A stretch of 64,000 nucleotides of DNA from Rhodocyclaceae bacterium (GTDB lineage Bacteria; Pseudomonadota; Gammaproteobacteria; Burkholderiales; Ga0077523). The stretch lies in contig JADCHQ010000015.1 in NCBI GenBank assembly GCA_020248405.1, forward strand, positions 14,643-78,642, in the 5' to 3' direction. Below the pieces are notes generated by a model. The model saw only the letters and a program-made list of their open reading frames with translations. It did no database searches and was not told the DNA's origin. Both the position numbers and the translations under genes were made by a program. Every line of letters starts with the position of its first letter. The stretch's first letter is position 1. Shown in pieces: positions 40,367 to 50,353 of the stretch.

Positions 40367-41455
40367 TCAGGCCTCCGCGCGCTCCGGCACCGTCACCACC
40401 CGCGTCCATCCGTAGGGGTCGGGCGCACGGCCGGTCTGTATGCCGGTGAGCGCCCGGTACAGCCGCTGGGCCACGGGGAAATCAGGCGCCCCGCCCACGG
40501 CCACATCCTCGCCACGATGGCCGATACGGTTCACGGGCACGATCACCGCGGCGGTGCCCATGCAGAACACCTCGGTGATTCGCGCGCGCTTCACGTCTGC
40601 CAGCACCGCTTCGATGTCCAGGCGCTCCTCGCGCACCCCTAGGCCCAGATCAGGCGCCAAACGCAGCACCGAATCGCGGGTGATGCCATGCAGGATGCTG
40701 CCCGACAGCGCCGGCGTGACGATCTCCCGTCCCTCCACCACGAACGCCACATTCATGGCGCCCGCCTCCTCCACGTAGCGGCGCTCCACCGCGTCCAGCC
40801 ACAGCACCTGCTGGTAGCCGCCCGCCCGCGCCGCCTCGATGGCCGCCAGGCTGGCAGCGTAATTGCCCGGCGTCTTGGCCTCGCCCGTGCCGCGCGGCGC
40901 GGCGCGTATGTGCTCCTCCGCCACGCGCACCCCCACGGGCTGGAAGCCGCCGGAAAAGTAAGGGCCCGACGGACTCAGGATCACATAATGCAAGAAGCTG
41001 CGCGCGGCGCGCACCTCGAAAGTGGGCTCCGTGGCTACCATCACGGGTCGCACATACAAGGACGCCCCCTCCGCCGAGGGCACCCAGCCGGCATCCACGC
41101 CCACCAGCGCTTCGATGGCCTCCACGAAGCGCTCCACCGGCAATTCGGGCATGCCCATGCGCGAGGCGGACCGGTTGAAGCGTGCGGCATTGGCCTCGGG
41201 CCGGAAAAGCTGCACCCGGCCGTCGGGCCGACGGTAGGCCTTGGTGCCCTCGAAGATCGCCTGCCCAGCGTGCAGCACCTGGGCGCTGGCATCCAGCACC
41301 AGGGGCTGCCGCGGACCGATGGCGGCGTCATGCCAGCCGCGTGCCTCATCCCAATGCTCGGTGAACATGTGCGGCGTGAACACCCGTCCGAAGCCCAGCG
41401 GTTCGGGCAGCTGCACCGGCCCGCGGGGCGGCTCGGCGTGGATGCGAATTTCCAT
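40367..41455 (-). CDS. ilvE: Branched-chain amino acid aminotransferase (long form)
   Basis: The motifs FTPHMF, AIFEGTKAYRRPDGRVQLFRPEANAARFNRSA and GTGEAKTPGNYAAS. Start re-picked at ATG 41455. Confidence 0.9.
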   Translation of the reverse strand: MEIRIHAEPPRGPVQLPEPLGFGRVFTPHMFTEHWDEARGWHDAAIGPRQPLVLDASAQVLHAGQAIFEGTKAYRRPDGRVQLFRPEANAARFNRSASRMGMPELPVERFVEAIEALVGVDAGWVPSAEGASLYVRPVMVATEPTFEVRAARSFLHYVILSPSGPYFSGGFQPVGVRVAEEHIRAAPRGTGEAKTPGNYAASLAAIEAARAGGYQQVLWLDAVERRYVEEAGAMNVAFVVEGREIVTPALSGSILHGITRDSVLRLAPDLGLGVREERLDIEAVLADVKRARITEVFCMGTAAVIVPVNRIGHRGEDVAVGGAPDFPVAQRLYRALTGIQTGRAPDPYGWTRVVTVPERAEA

Positions 41456-41498
41456 GGTGTCCTTGCTCGGGAAAAGGCGCGCCCGCTTCGGGGGACGC

Positions 41499-42944
41499 TC
41501 AGGAGAGGGCTGCCACGTAGGCCGTCTTGACGGTGGTGTAGAACTCCTGGGCGTAGCGTCCTTGCTCGCGCGGCCCGTAGCTCGATCCCTTGCGGCCGCC
41601 GAAGGGCACGTGATAGTCAACCCCTGCCGTGGGCAGGTTGACCATCACCATGCCCGCCTGGGCATGGCGGCGGAAGTGCGCCGCGTGCTTGAGCGAGCCC
41701 GTGCAGATGCCCGCGCACAGGCCGAACTCCGTGTCGTTGGCCACCGCCAGCGCCTCGTCGTAATCGCGCACCGCGATCACGCTGGCCACCGGGCCGAAGA
41801 CCTCCTCGCGATTGATGCGCATGGCGTTGCTGGTGCCGGTGAACAGCGCTGGCTCCAGGTAGAAGCCGTCGCGCTCGCGCTTCAGGCGGTTGCCGCCGAA
41901 GGCCAGCGTGCCTCCTTCGGCGCGGCCGATCTCGATGTAGGACAGGTCCTGGTCGAGCTGCGACTGGTCCACCACCGGTCCGATGTGCACGCCGGACTCC
42001 AGGGCGTGGCCCACTTTGAGGCCCTTCATGCGCTCCACCAGCGCCGCCACGAAGGCCTCGTGGATGCCCTGGGTGACGATGAGCCGCGACGAGGCCGTGC
42101 AGCGCTGGCCGGTGGAAAAGAAAGCGCCGTTCACGGCGCACTCCACGGCCACCTTGAGGTCGGCGTCGTCCAGTACCACCAGCGGATTCTTGCCGCCCAT
42201 CTCCAGCTGGATCTTCTTGAGGCCGGCCACCGCCTTGGCGGCCACCCTGCGGCCGGTCTCCACAGAGCCGGTGAAAGTGACGGCATCCACGCGGGGGTCG
42301 GCGAGGATCGCTTCGCCGACCACGGAACCGCGGCCCATGCACAGGTTGAACACGCCAGCCGGGAATCCGGCCCGGTGGATGATCTCGGCGATGGCCCAGG
42401 AGGACGCGGGCACCAGGTCGGCGGGCTTGAACACCACGCAGTTGCCGTGGGCCAGCGCCGGGGCGATTTTCCACGCGGGGATGGCCGAGGGAAAATTCCA
42501 CGGCGCGATGATGCCCACCACACCCACCGGCTCCCGGGTGATCTCCACGTCGATGCCGGGACGCACGGACGGCAGCAGCTCGCCCGCCCGCCGCAGCACC
42601 TCGCCGGCGAAAAAACGGAAGATGTTGCCTGCCCGGGCCACCTCGCCCACACCCTCGGGCAGGGTCTTGCCCTCCTCGCGCGAGAGCAGCGCGCCGAGTT
42701 CGTCCTTGCGGGCGAGGATCTCGCTGCCCACCTTGTCCAGCAGGTCGGCGCGCGCCTGGGTGTTAAACGTTGCCCAGGCGGGTGCAGCCACCCTCGCCGC
42801 CTCGATGGCACGGGCGGCCTGCGCGGCGTCGGCCTGGGCGTATTCGCCCACCAGGTCGGAGAGATCGGACGGATTGATGTCCCGGGTCACGCTGGCGCCG
42901 GCGACCCACTCGCCAGCGATGAGATTGGCATGGGGCTGATTCAT
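41499..42944 (-). CDS. NAD(P)-dependent aldehyde dehydrogenase
   Basis: The motifs ELGGKNP-like QLEMGGKNP, catalytic Cys in FFSTGQRCTASSR, and EEVFGPV. Start re-picked at ATG 42944. Confidence 0.9.
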   Translation of the reverse strand: MNQPHANLIAGEWVAGASVTRDINPSDLSDLVGEYAQADAAQAARAIEAARVAAPAWATFNTQARADLLDKVGSEILARKDELGALLSREEGKTLPEGVGEVARAGNIFRFFAGEVLRRAGELLPSVRPGIDVEITREPVGVVGIIAPWNFPSAIPAWKIAPALAHGNCVVFKPADLVPASSWAIAEIIHRAGFPAGVFNLCMGRGSVVGEAILADPRVDAVTFTGSVETGRRVAAKAVAGLKKIQLEMGGKNPLVVLDDADLKVAVECAVNGAFFSTGQRCTASSRLIVTQGIHEAFVAALVERMKGLKVGHALESGVHIGPVVDQSQLDQDLSYIEIGRAEGGTLAFGGNRLKRERDGFYLEPALFTGTSNAMRINREEVFGPVASVIAVRDYDEALAVANDTEFGLCAGICTGSLKHAAHFRRHAQAGMVMVNLPTAGVDYHVPFGGRKGSSYGPREQGRYAQEFYTTVKTAYVAALS

Positions 42945-43046
42945 GTGCGGCTCTCCCTGAAAATGCCGTCGATGGTAACGCAACGCCGCTGCGCCGCCGC
43001 GTGCGGCGTGGGAGAATCCGCGCCGTTCCCGCACAGGAAGCCCGCC

Positions 43047-44237
43047 ATGCACCCACCCATTGCCCGCCCCGGCGTGCTTGCGCTGCGCCAGTCGAAGATC
43101 CGCGAGGTGGCCAACGCCGGCATGGGCCGCCCCGACGTGCTGGCCTTCTGGTTCGGCGAGCCGGATGAGGTCACGCCCGAGTTCATCCGCACTGCCGGCA
43201 TGGAGGCGCTGCGCGAGGGCGACACCTTCTACACCCACAACCTGGGCATTTCGCCCCTGCGCGAGGCGCTGGCGGCCTACGTGACGCAGCTGCACCGCCC
43301 CACCTCCGCCGGGGAGATCGTGGTCACCAACTCCGGCATGTCGGCGCTCATGCTCGCCACCCAGGCGCTGGTGGGCCCGGGCGATCGCGCGGTGATCGTC
43401 ACGCCGGTGTGGCCCAACCTGGTGGAGATCCCGAAGATCCTCGGCGCCGAGGCGGTCACGGTGGCGCTCGATTTCACGCCGCAGGGCTGGCAGCTCGACC
43501 TGCAGCGGCTCCTGGATGCCCTGGTCCCGGGCACCCGCGCCCTCTACCTCAATTCACCCAACAACCCCACGGGCTGGACCATCACCCGCGAGCAGCAACA
43601 GGCGCTCCTGGGCCACTGCCGCCGCCACGGCATCTGGATCGTGGCAGACGACGCCTACGAGCGGCTCTACTACGGCGGCGGCACCGCCGAAAACGATGCG
43701 GTGGCGCCCTCCTTCCTCGATATCGCCGACCCGCTCGACCGGGTGGTGCAGACCAACACCTTCTCCAAGGCATGGCTCATGACCGGCTGGCGGCTGGGCT
43801 GGATCACGGCCCCCCGGCCGCTCACGGACGCGCTCGCCACGCTGGTGGAGTACAACACCTCCTGCGCGCCGGCCTTCGTGCAGCGCGCGGGCCTGAAGGC
43901 AGTCACCGAAGGCGAGCCGGTGATCACGCGCACCGTGGCGCGTTTCCGCGCCGCGCGCGACTTCCTCCACGGGCGCCTCAACGCTCTGCCCCGGGTGAGC
44001 GCGCCGCTGCCCTCCGGCGCCATGTACACCTTCTTCCGCGTGCAGGGCCTCACCGACAGCCTGGGCCTGTGCAAGCAACTGGTGGCCGAGCACGGCCTGG
44101 GCCTCGCCCCCGGCATTGCCTTCGGCCCCGAGGGCGAGGGCTTCGTGCGCTGGTGCTTTGCCTCGGACACCAACCGCCTCGAACAGGGCCTGGAACGCCT
44201 CGCCCGCGGCCTTGCCCGCGTGCCTGCCGCGGTCTGA
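43047..44237 (+). CDS. Pyridoxal-phosphate-dependent aminotransferase (class I/II)
   Basis: The motif NSPNNPTGW and the PLP-lysine motif FSKAWLMTGWRLGW. Only the last 396 codons of the 998-aa track ORF are genuine. Confidence 0.9.
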   Translation: MHPPIARPGVLALRQSKIREVANAGMGRPDVLAFWFGEPDEVTPEFIRTAGMEALREGDTFYTHNLGISPLREALAAYVTQLHRPTSAGEIVVTNSGMSALMLATQALVGPGDRAVIVTPVWPNLVEIPKILGAEAVTVALDFTPQGWQLDLQRLLDALVPGTRALYLNSPNNPTGWTITREQQQALLGHCRRHGIWIVADDAYERLYYGGGTAENDAVAPSFLDIADPLDRVVQTNTFSKAWLMTGWRLGWITAPRPLTDALATLVEYNTSCAPAFVQRAGLKAVTEGEPVITRTVARFRAARDFLHGRLNALPRVSAPLPSGAMYTFFRVQGLTDSLGLCKQLVAEHGLGLAPGIAFGPEGEGFVRWCFASDTNRLEQGLERLARGLARVPAAV

Positions 44238-44272
44238 GCGCACACCCCTTTTTTCGCGCAGCCACGCACACC

Positions 44273-44935
44273 ATGAAAGTCACCCTGATTCCCGTCACCC
44301 CCTTCGAACAGAACTGCTCGCTGCTGGTGTGCGAGCACACCGGCAAGGCCGCGGTGGTGGACCCCGGCGGCGACCTGGAGCGCATTCTCGGCGAGGTGGA
44401 GCGCCAGGGCGCCACGCTGGAAAAGATCCTGCTCACCCACGGCCACATCGATCACTGCGGCGCAACCGCCGAGCTTTCGAAGCGCCTGTCGTTGCCCGTG
44501 GAGGGCCCGCAGCGCGAGGACGCCTTCTGGATCGACCAGCTTCCCGAGCAGGGGCGCATGTTCGGCTTTCCGCGTCTGGACGCCTTCACTCCCGACCGCT
44601 GGCTGGAGGACGGCGATACGGTGCGCTTCGGCGAACAGCAGATGGAGGTGCTCTTCACGCCCGGCCACACGCCAGGCCACGTGATCTTCTTCCATCGCGC
44701 CATGCGGCTCGCCTTCGTGGGCGACGTGCTGTTCAACGGCTCTATCGGCCGCACCGACTTCCCGCGCGGCGATTACGACACGCTCATCGCCTCCATCACC
44801 GGCAAGCTCTGGCCCCTGGGCGACGAGGTCACCTTCGTTCCAGGCCACGGCCCCACCTCCACCTTCGGCGACGAGCGGCGCAGCAACCCCTTCGTGGGCG
44901 ACGCCATCCTGCGGCGCGGACGCCACTCGGCCTGA
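44273..44935 (+). CDS. MBL-fold metallo-hydrolase (glyoxalase II-like)
   Basis: The motif THGHIDHCG. Start re-picked at ATG 44273 (MKVTLIPVTPFEQNCSLL). Confidence 0.85.
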   Translation: MKVTLIPVTPFEQNCSLLVCEHTGKAAVVDPGGDLERILGEVERQGATLEKILLTHGHIDHCGATAELSKRLSLPVEGPQREDAFWIDQLPEQGRMFGFPRLDAFTPDRWLEDGDTVRFGEQQMEVLFTPGHTPGHVIFFHRAMRLAFVGDVLFNGSIGRTDFPRGDYDTLIASITGKLWPLGDEVTFVPGHGPTSTFGDERRSNPFVGDAILRRGRHSA

Positions 44936-44940
44936 TATCC

Positions 44941-45561
44941 ATGGGCTTCTACGACCGGCACGTGCTGCCGCGCTTGCTGGATGCGGCCTGCGGCAAGTCC
45001 CTGGTTGCCGCCCAGCGGCGCAAGGTGGTGCCCATGGCCCAGGGCGTGGTGCTGGAAGTGGGCATGGGCAGCGGCCTGAACCTGCCCCACTACGACCCGG
45101 CGCGGGTGAGCCGCGTGATCGGCCTCGATCCCGGCGAGGCGCTGCTGGCCACGGCGCGACGGCGCGCGGCGGCCGGCACTCTGCCGGTGGAGTTCATCCC
45201 CGCGGGCGGCGAGCACATCGCGCTGGACGCCGCCAGCGTGGACACGGTGGTGGTCACCTACACCCTGTGCACCATCCCGGGCGTGGATCAGGCGCTGGAA
45301 GGCATGCGGCGTGTGCTAAAGCCTAGCGGCAGGCTGCTGTTCTGCGAGCACGGCCTGGCGCCCGACGCCGGCGTGGCCGCCTGGCAGCGGCGGCTTCAAC
45401 CGCTGTGGGGCCGGCTGGCGGGGGGCTGCCACCTCACCCGCGACGCTGGCGCGCTGCTGGAGGGCGCGGGCTTCGCGGTGCACTGGATCGAGCGCGCCTA
45501 TGCCCGCGGCACGCCGCGCTTCGCGGGCTGGCACTTCATCGGGACCGCCACACCGCGCTGA
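44941..45561 (+). CDS. Class I SAM-dependent methyltransferase
   Basis: Motif I VLEVGMGSGLN and post-I LKPSGRLLFCEH. Start re-picked at ATG 44941. Confidence 0.8.
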   Translation: MGFYDRHVLPRLLDAACGKSLVAAQRRKVVPMAQGVVLEVGMGSGLNLPHYDPARVSRVIGLDPGEALLATARRRAAAGTLPVEFIPAGGEHIALDAASVDTVVVTYTLCTIPGVDQALEGMRRVLKPSGRLLFCEHGLAPDAGVAAWQRRLQPLWGRLAGGCHLTRDAGALLEGAGFAVHWIERAYARGTPRFAGWHFIGTATPR

Positions 45562-45589
45562 CCCGCGGCCGGATGGCATACCCGAAACC

Positions 45590-46567
45590 ATGACCGCACG
45601 ATCCGCCGCCGCGCTGCCCACCCTCGGGCAACTCGAACACGCGGCCGGCGTGGTAGCCCGCACGCTCTCGCCCACGCCCCAGTACCGCTGGCCCCTGCTC
45701 GACGAGGCCCTCGGCGCGCGGGTATGGATCAAGCACGAGAACCACACGCCGCTGGGTGCCTTCAAGGTGCGCGGCGGACTGGTGTACTTCCACCATCTGG
45801 CGGAGGCGAACCCTCGCCCCGCTGGCGTGGTCAGCGCCACCCGCGGCAACCACGGGCAATCGGTGGCCTTCGCCGCCGGGCGCCTCGGCATCCCCGCCAC
45901 CATCGTGGTGCCCCTGGGCAACAGCCGCGAGAAGAACGCCGCCATGCGCGCCCTCGGCGCGCGGCTGGTGGAGCACGGCGAAGACTTCCAGGCCGCGCGC
46001 GAACACGCCGTGGCGCTGGCCGCGCACCACAACCTGCACATGGTGCCCTCCTTCCACCCGCTGCTGGTGCAGGGTGTGGCCGGATGGGCGCTGGAACTGC
46101 TGCGCGCCGCGCCGGGCATCGAAGTGCTGTACGTGCCCATCGGTCTGGGCTCGGGCATCTGCGGCGCCATCGCCGCACGCGAAGCGCTCGGGCTGGCGGT
46201 GGAAATCGTGGGCGTCACCTCCACTGCGGCGCCCGCCTACGCCGACTCCTTCGCCCTTGGCGAGGCCGTGCAACGCCCCGTGAGCGCCACCCTCGCCGAC
46301 GGGCTGGCCTGCCGCACTCCCGAACCCGCGGCCCTGGAAATCATCCGCGCGCACGCCACGCGGATCGTGGAAGTAACCGATGAAGACGTGGCCGAAGCCA
46401 TGCGCCTGCTGTTCAGCGCCACCCACAACGTGGCCGAAGGCGCAGGCGCCGCCGGTGTGGCGGCCATGCTGCGGGAGCGGCCGCGCATCGTCGGCCGCAA
46501 GGTTGCCACGGTGCTGTGCGGCGGCAACGTGGACCGCGAGGTGTTCGCCCGGGTGCTGGCGGGCTGA
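45590..46567 (+). CDS. Threonine/serine dehydratase family PLP enzyme
   Basis: PLP-lysine motif PLGAFKVRGG and glycine loop GLGSGICG. Start re-picked at ATG 45590. Confidence 0.85.
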   Translation: MTARSAAALPTLGQLEHAAGVVARTLSPTPQYRWPLLDEALGARVWIKHENHTPLGAFKVRGGLVYFHHLAEANPRPAGVVSATRGNHGQSVAFAAGRLGIPATIVVPLGNSREKNAAMRALGARLVEHGEDFQAAREHAVALAAHHNLHMVPSFHPLLVQGVAGWALELLRAAPGIEVLYVPIGLGSGICGAIAAREALGLAVEIVGVTSTAAPAYADSFALGEAVQRPVSATLADGLACRTPEPAALEIIRAHATRIVEVTDEDVAEAMRLLFSATHNVAEGAGAAGVAAMLRERPRIVGRKVATVLCGGNVDREVFARVLAG

Positions 46568-46599
46568 GCTCCGCCGCCCGGCGCTGCTGCCGTGCCTGC

Positions 46600-46625
46600 G
46601 CCGGCGCGCCGCGAAGCGCGCCGGC
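46600..46625. terminator. GC-rich perfect hairpin between convergent genes (possible U-tract-less terminator)
   Basis: GCCGGCGCGC-cgcgaa-GCGCGCCGGC, a 10-bp perfect stem. Neither side has a T-run. Confidence 0.35.
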
Positions 46626-46633
46626 AAGGGCGC

Positions 46634-47557
46634 TCAGCGCATCAGGTCCCGCACCAGTTGATTGAACTTGGCCGGGTTCTCCATGAACATGAAGTGATTG
46701 CCGCCCTCGGCCTCTTCAAAGATCACCACCCGCGAGCCCTTGATCTGGGTGCCCATCCACTCCTGCGAGCGCCATCCCACCAGGCTGGTCTTGCCGCCCA
46801 CGATGAGGGTGGGCACGTCGATGCGCGGGATCACGTCGCGCCAGTCATTGGTGGCGTGGTCGTACAGCAGCCGCGCGGCATAGGCGCGGGGGAACTTGAG
46901 GTTCTGCTGGATGACCCAGTCCACCTCGGCGCGGGGGTACTGCTTGGTGAACATGCCGCCGATAAAGCCCTCCGTGGTCTTGATGCCATCGGCGCCGGCC
47001 AGAGCGTTGGTGACGCCGTAGAGCGAGTCCTTGTCCAGCAGCGCGCCCGCGTCGGCCTTCTCCTGGTCCGACCAGACGGGGTTGGCGGTGATCATGGGCA
47101 TCTGGTCGATCAGCACCAGCCCCGACAGCCGTTCGCCGCCGAACAGCTCCCAGTAGCCCCAGATCACCGAGCAGCCCATGGAGTGGCCCGCGAGGGTTAC
47201 GCCGCCCAGGCTCTTGGCGGTGAGGAACTCGTGCACGTCCTTGGACAGGCGGTGGATGCGATAGCCGTGGGCGGGCTTGGCCGACTCGCCGTGCCCGCGC
47301 ATGTCCAGGGCAATGACGCGATAGCGGTCGCTCAGGCCCTCGAGCTGGTGACGGAACTGGGCTGCCGTTTGCGACCAGCCCGGAATCATCACCAGGGGCT
47401 TGCCGCTGCCAGCCTCGAGGTAGTGCAGCTTCACACCGTCGCTGGTGGTGAAGTAACCCGACCTGATTTCCGCGGCCTGCGCCGCCCCCCAGGCGAGCGC
47501 ACCCATCACCGCGCACAGCAGCGCCGCCAGGCGGGAATAAAGCTTGTTCCGGTACAT
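46634..47557 (-). CDS. Secreted alpha/beta hydrolase
   Basis: Signal peptide MYRNKLYSRLAALLCAVMGALAWGAAQA and nucleophile elbow GHSMG. Confidence 0.8.
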   Translation of the reverse strand: MYRNKLYSRLAALLCAVMGALAWGAAQAAEIRSGYFTTSDGVKLHYLEAGSGKPLVMIPGWSQTAAQFRHQLEGLSDRYRVIALDMRGHGESAKPAHGYRIHRLSKDVHEFLTAKSLGGVTLAGHSMGCSVIWGYWELFGGERLSGLVLIDQMPMITANPVWSDQEKADAGALLDKDSLYGVTNALAGADGIKTTEGFIGGMFTKQYPRAEVDWVIQQNLKFPRAYAARLLYDHATNDWRDVIPRIDVPTLIVGGKTSLVGWRSQEWMGTQIKGSRVVIFEEAEGGNHFMFMENPAKFNQLVRDLMR

Positions 47558-47670
47558 GATTTTTTCCTCCCCCGTGTAGGGAAAAATGACGATTCGCGCC
47601 GCTCTGGTGGCGACGCCAATTCATCATACTGGGCCGCACGCATGGCGCAACCGAAGCGGCATGCGCCGCT

Positions 47671-48330
47671 TCAGAACTTGCCGAACCTGAGGTAAGCCTC
47701 GCGCGGGTCCATGCCCGACAGGATGGCCGTGCGCACCTTGTTCTCGGTTTGCAGCACGGCCTCCGTGCGGGCGGCGACCTCGGCCACCATTTCGCCGGGG
47801 ATGATCACCGCGCCGTCGCGATCGGCCAGCAGCCAGTCGCCCGAACACACGGTGACCTCGCCGATGGTGACCGGCTCACCGAAGCGCTCGGGCCGCCAGC
47901 GGCCGACGATGTCCTTCGGGGTGGTGAAGCTGCACCACACGGGAAAGCCGAGCTCCAGGATGAAGCCGGTGTCGCGGCAGCCGCCGTCCACCACCCAGCC
48001 GCGCACGCCCCGGTGGTGCAGGGTCTCGGCGGAGAGTTCGCCCATGAGCGCGATGTCGTGGGTGTTGGGCTGGCAGACCACCACCCGGCCAGCCGGTGCC
48101 ATGGACAGCAGGCCGGTCCAGGACAGCAGGCTCTGGTGGGCGTCGAGACCTTCCTCGCAGCGGCCGCTCACGGTCCAGACCTGCCCCGCCAGCCGCCGCG
48201 CCGGATCGAGGCAGCGGATTTCCGGCGGCAGCACGAAACCTGTGAGGCCCATGGCGCGCAGCACATCGTGCACGGCGGCGGCATGACAGGCCTCCAGGCG
48301 TTCGGCCAGATCGGCGGGGTCGGGAATCAT
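47671..48330 (-). CDS. RraA-family protein (HMG/CHA aldolase / oxaloacetate decarboxylase-like)
   Basis: Length and overall pattern fit the RraA/aldolase family (family call from memory). ATG 48330 overlaps the upstream stop as ATGA. Confidence 0.8.
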   Translation of the reverse strand: MIPDPADLAERLEACHAAAVHDVLRAMGLTGFVLPPEIRCLDPARRLAGQVWTVSGRCEEGLDAHQSLLSWTGLLSMAPAGRVVVCQPNTHDIALMGELSAETLHHRGVRGWVVDGGCRDTGFILELGFPVWCSFTTPKDIVGRWRPERFGEPVTIGEVTVCSGDWLLADRDGAVIIPGEMVAEVAARTEAVLQTENKVRTAILSGMDPREAYLRFGKF

Positions 48331-49235
48331 GGTTGCGCAGCCTCCTCGAGCGCGGGTGCGCGGCCGTCGCCGCGCCACAGGCGCAGCGCCTCGTTGGCGG
48401 CCAGCGCCAGCACCACGATGCTGCCGCCGATCAGGGTGGCGGTGGAAGGCACCTCCCCCACCAGCAGCCAGGCGGCGGCCACGCCGAAGACGGTTTCGAG
48501 CTCAGCCATCAGGCCAACCTCGGCGGCCGCCAGATGGCGCGCCGCCGCGATCATCAGCAGGCAACCCATGCCCAGCTGCACCACGCCCAGGGCCACGAAG
48601 TTGGGTACGTCGCCCCAGGCGATGTCGAAGGGCAGCGCGAAGGGCAGCGTGACGGCGCAGGACACCACGCCCGCCACGATGAGCGTGGGCATCATGTCAG
48701 CGCGGGCGTGCATGCGCCGCAGCACGATCACGTTGGCCGCGAAGGCAACGGGAATGGCCAGGGCGATGAGATTGCCCCACGCGCCCGCCTCGCCGAAGGA
48801 GGCGGCGAACATCACCGCGATGCCGCAGAAGGCCGCCAGCATGGCGATCCAGGTGCCGGGCCGCACGCGCTCGCCCAGCAGGGCCCAGCCCGCCAGGGCG
48901 GCAAGAAACGGAGAGACGGAACTGAGCACCAGCACGTTGGCCACCGCCGTGCGCGCCAGCGCCGTGATGAAGGCCACGAACATCACCGCCCACAACACAC
49001 CGGAAACCACGCCGGGCCAGCCGATGCCGGCCACGCGCCGCCACACCGCGCCGCGGTACTGCACGGAAAGCACCACGGTCATGAAGGCCAGCATGAACAC
49101 CGAGCGCCAGAAGGTGGCCTCCCAGCCGTCGGTGAGGCTCTGGGTGCGCATGAGCACGCCCGCGGTGGACCAGCACAGGGTGGCGCCCAACATCAGCAAC
49201 AGGCCGCGGCGATGCCGGGCGGCCGGGGCGCTCAC
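48327..49235 (-). CDS. DMT-superfamily (EamA) transporter
   Basis: About ten hydrophobic helices with a duplicated EamA pattern. GTG 49235 overlaps the upstream stop as GTGA. The 67-codon Arg/Pro-rich extension was rejected. Confidence 0.8.
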   Translation of the reverse strand: MSAPAARHRRGLLLMLGATLCWSTAGVLMRTQSLTDGWEATFWRSVFMLAFMTVVLSVQYRGAVWRRVAGIGWPGVVSGVLWAVMFVAFITALARTAVANVLVLSSVSPFLAALAGWALLGERVRPGTWIAMLAAFCGIAVMFAASFGEAGAWGNLIALAIPVAFAANVIVLRRMHARADMMPTLIVAGVVSCAVTLPFALPFDIAWGDVPNFVALGVVQLGMGCLLMIAAARHLAAAEVGLMAELETVFGVAAAWLLVGEVPSTATLIGGSIVVLALAANEALRLWRGDGRAPALEEAAQP

Positions 49236-50299
49236 GGCGCGCCGCGCACGGCGCGCTCGGGGACGGGGAGCGAGAGCTTGCGCGCCCAAGGCTCCAGGGC
49301 GGGCAGGATGCCCGGGTGCAGGCTCACGCCCTCGGCGAGCTGGCGGCGCTTCAGGGCGAGGCCACGCTCGCCGGGCAGGCGCACCCGTTCCACGCCGGGC
49401 AGGGGCGGCGTGTTGCGGCAGGCCGCCGCGGTCCATCCGGTCTGGCGCGTGAAGGCCTCCAGGCCCGCGAACAACCGCGGATCCAGCACCTGCACGAACA
49501 CCTCGCCGGTCCAGCCCTCCACCGCATCAGCGCGCCCGTGGCCGCCCAGGCCCTGGGTGAAGGCCTCCACCATCAACCCCAGGGCGTAACCCTTGTGGCC
49601 GTACTCCAGGCCGCCCACCGGCAGCAGCCAGCCACGCGGCTCGCCCGTGGTGACGGCGGGATCGTCGCTGGCGCGGCCCTGGCCATCCACGAGCCACGGA
49701 CCGGGCAACCGCCCGCCCAACTTCGCCAGCCGGCCCACCATGCCGTTAGTGGTGATGGAGGTGGACACGTCGATCAACACCGGATCGCCATCCGTGGGCC
49801 AGCCCGCGGCGATGGGATTGGGCGTGATGACGCCTTCGCGGCCGCCGAAGGGCGCCACCGAGCGGTTCTCCGGCGCGGAGGTCATGATCTGGATGACGAA
49901 ACCCCGGTCGGTGGCGCGGGTGAGATAGGCGGCCAGGCAGGCAATGTGGTGGCTGCGGCGGATGGCCACGGTGCAGCTGCCCTGGGTGGCGGCGCGCTGG
50001 CAGGCCAGGTCGATGGCGCGCGTCACCAGCCACGTGCCCGGCAGCCGCCGCCCGTCCCAGGTGAGCGCCGCGGGGAAATCCGCGATCACGCCGGGTTCGC
50101 CGCTCGTGGCGAGCTCGCCCTTCTCCATGTCGGCCAGATAGGCGGGGAGCAGGTTCAGGCCGTGGGTGTCGTGCCCTAGGAGGTCAGCCTCCACCAGCAC
50201 CTCGGCGATGACCGGCGAGCGGGCCGGGTCCATGCCGGCGGCGTCCAGCAAGGCGGTGGCAAAGGCGCTCAGGTCCGCTGCGTCGTGGCGGTTTTGCAT
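49232..50299 (-). CDS. Ldh2-family (malate / L-sulfolactate / ureidoglycolate-type) dehydrogenase
   Basis: VEADLLGHDTHGLNLLPAYL and full-length resemblance to the Ldh_2 family. Confidence 0.85.
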   Translation of the reverse strand: MQNRHDAADLSAFATALLDAAGMDPARSPVIAEVLVEADLLGHDTHGLNLLPAYLADMEKGELATSGEPGVIADFPAALTWDGRRLPGTWLVTRAIDLACQRAATQGSCTVAIRRSHHIACLAAYLTRATDRGFVIQIMTSAPENRSVAPFGGREGVITPNPIAAGWPTDGDPVLIDVSTSITTNGMVGRLAKLGGRLPGPWLVDGQGRASDDPAVTTGEPRGWLLPVGGLEYGHKGYALGLMVEAFTQGLGGHGRADAVEGWTGEVFVQVLDPRLFAGLEAFTRQTGWTAAACRNTPPLPGVERVRLPGERGLALKRRQLAEGVSLHPGILPALEPWARKLSLPVPERAVRGAP

Positions 50300-50353
50300 G
50301 GGAGCGGGGGTTCCGGTAGCGACGGCGGGGCCAGGCGGCCCCGCCGGGGTGCT

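Noticed and set aside
41241-43046. The first 600 or so codons of the 998-aa plus-strand ORF that ends in the aminotransferase. The same pattern applies to 54688-56193 ahead of the acyl-CoA synthetase, 43409-44272 ahead of the MBL hydrolase, and 44116-44940 ahead of the methyltransferase.
   Set aside because: Only the C-terminal part is homologous to known proteins, and it begins at an internal ATG. The upstream part overlaps well-supported genes (ilvE, the aldehyde dehydrogenase, the amidase) on the other strand or in another frame.
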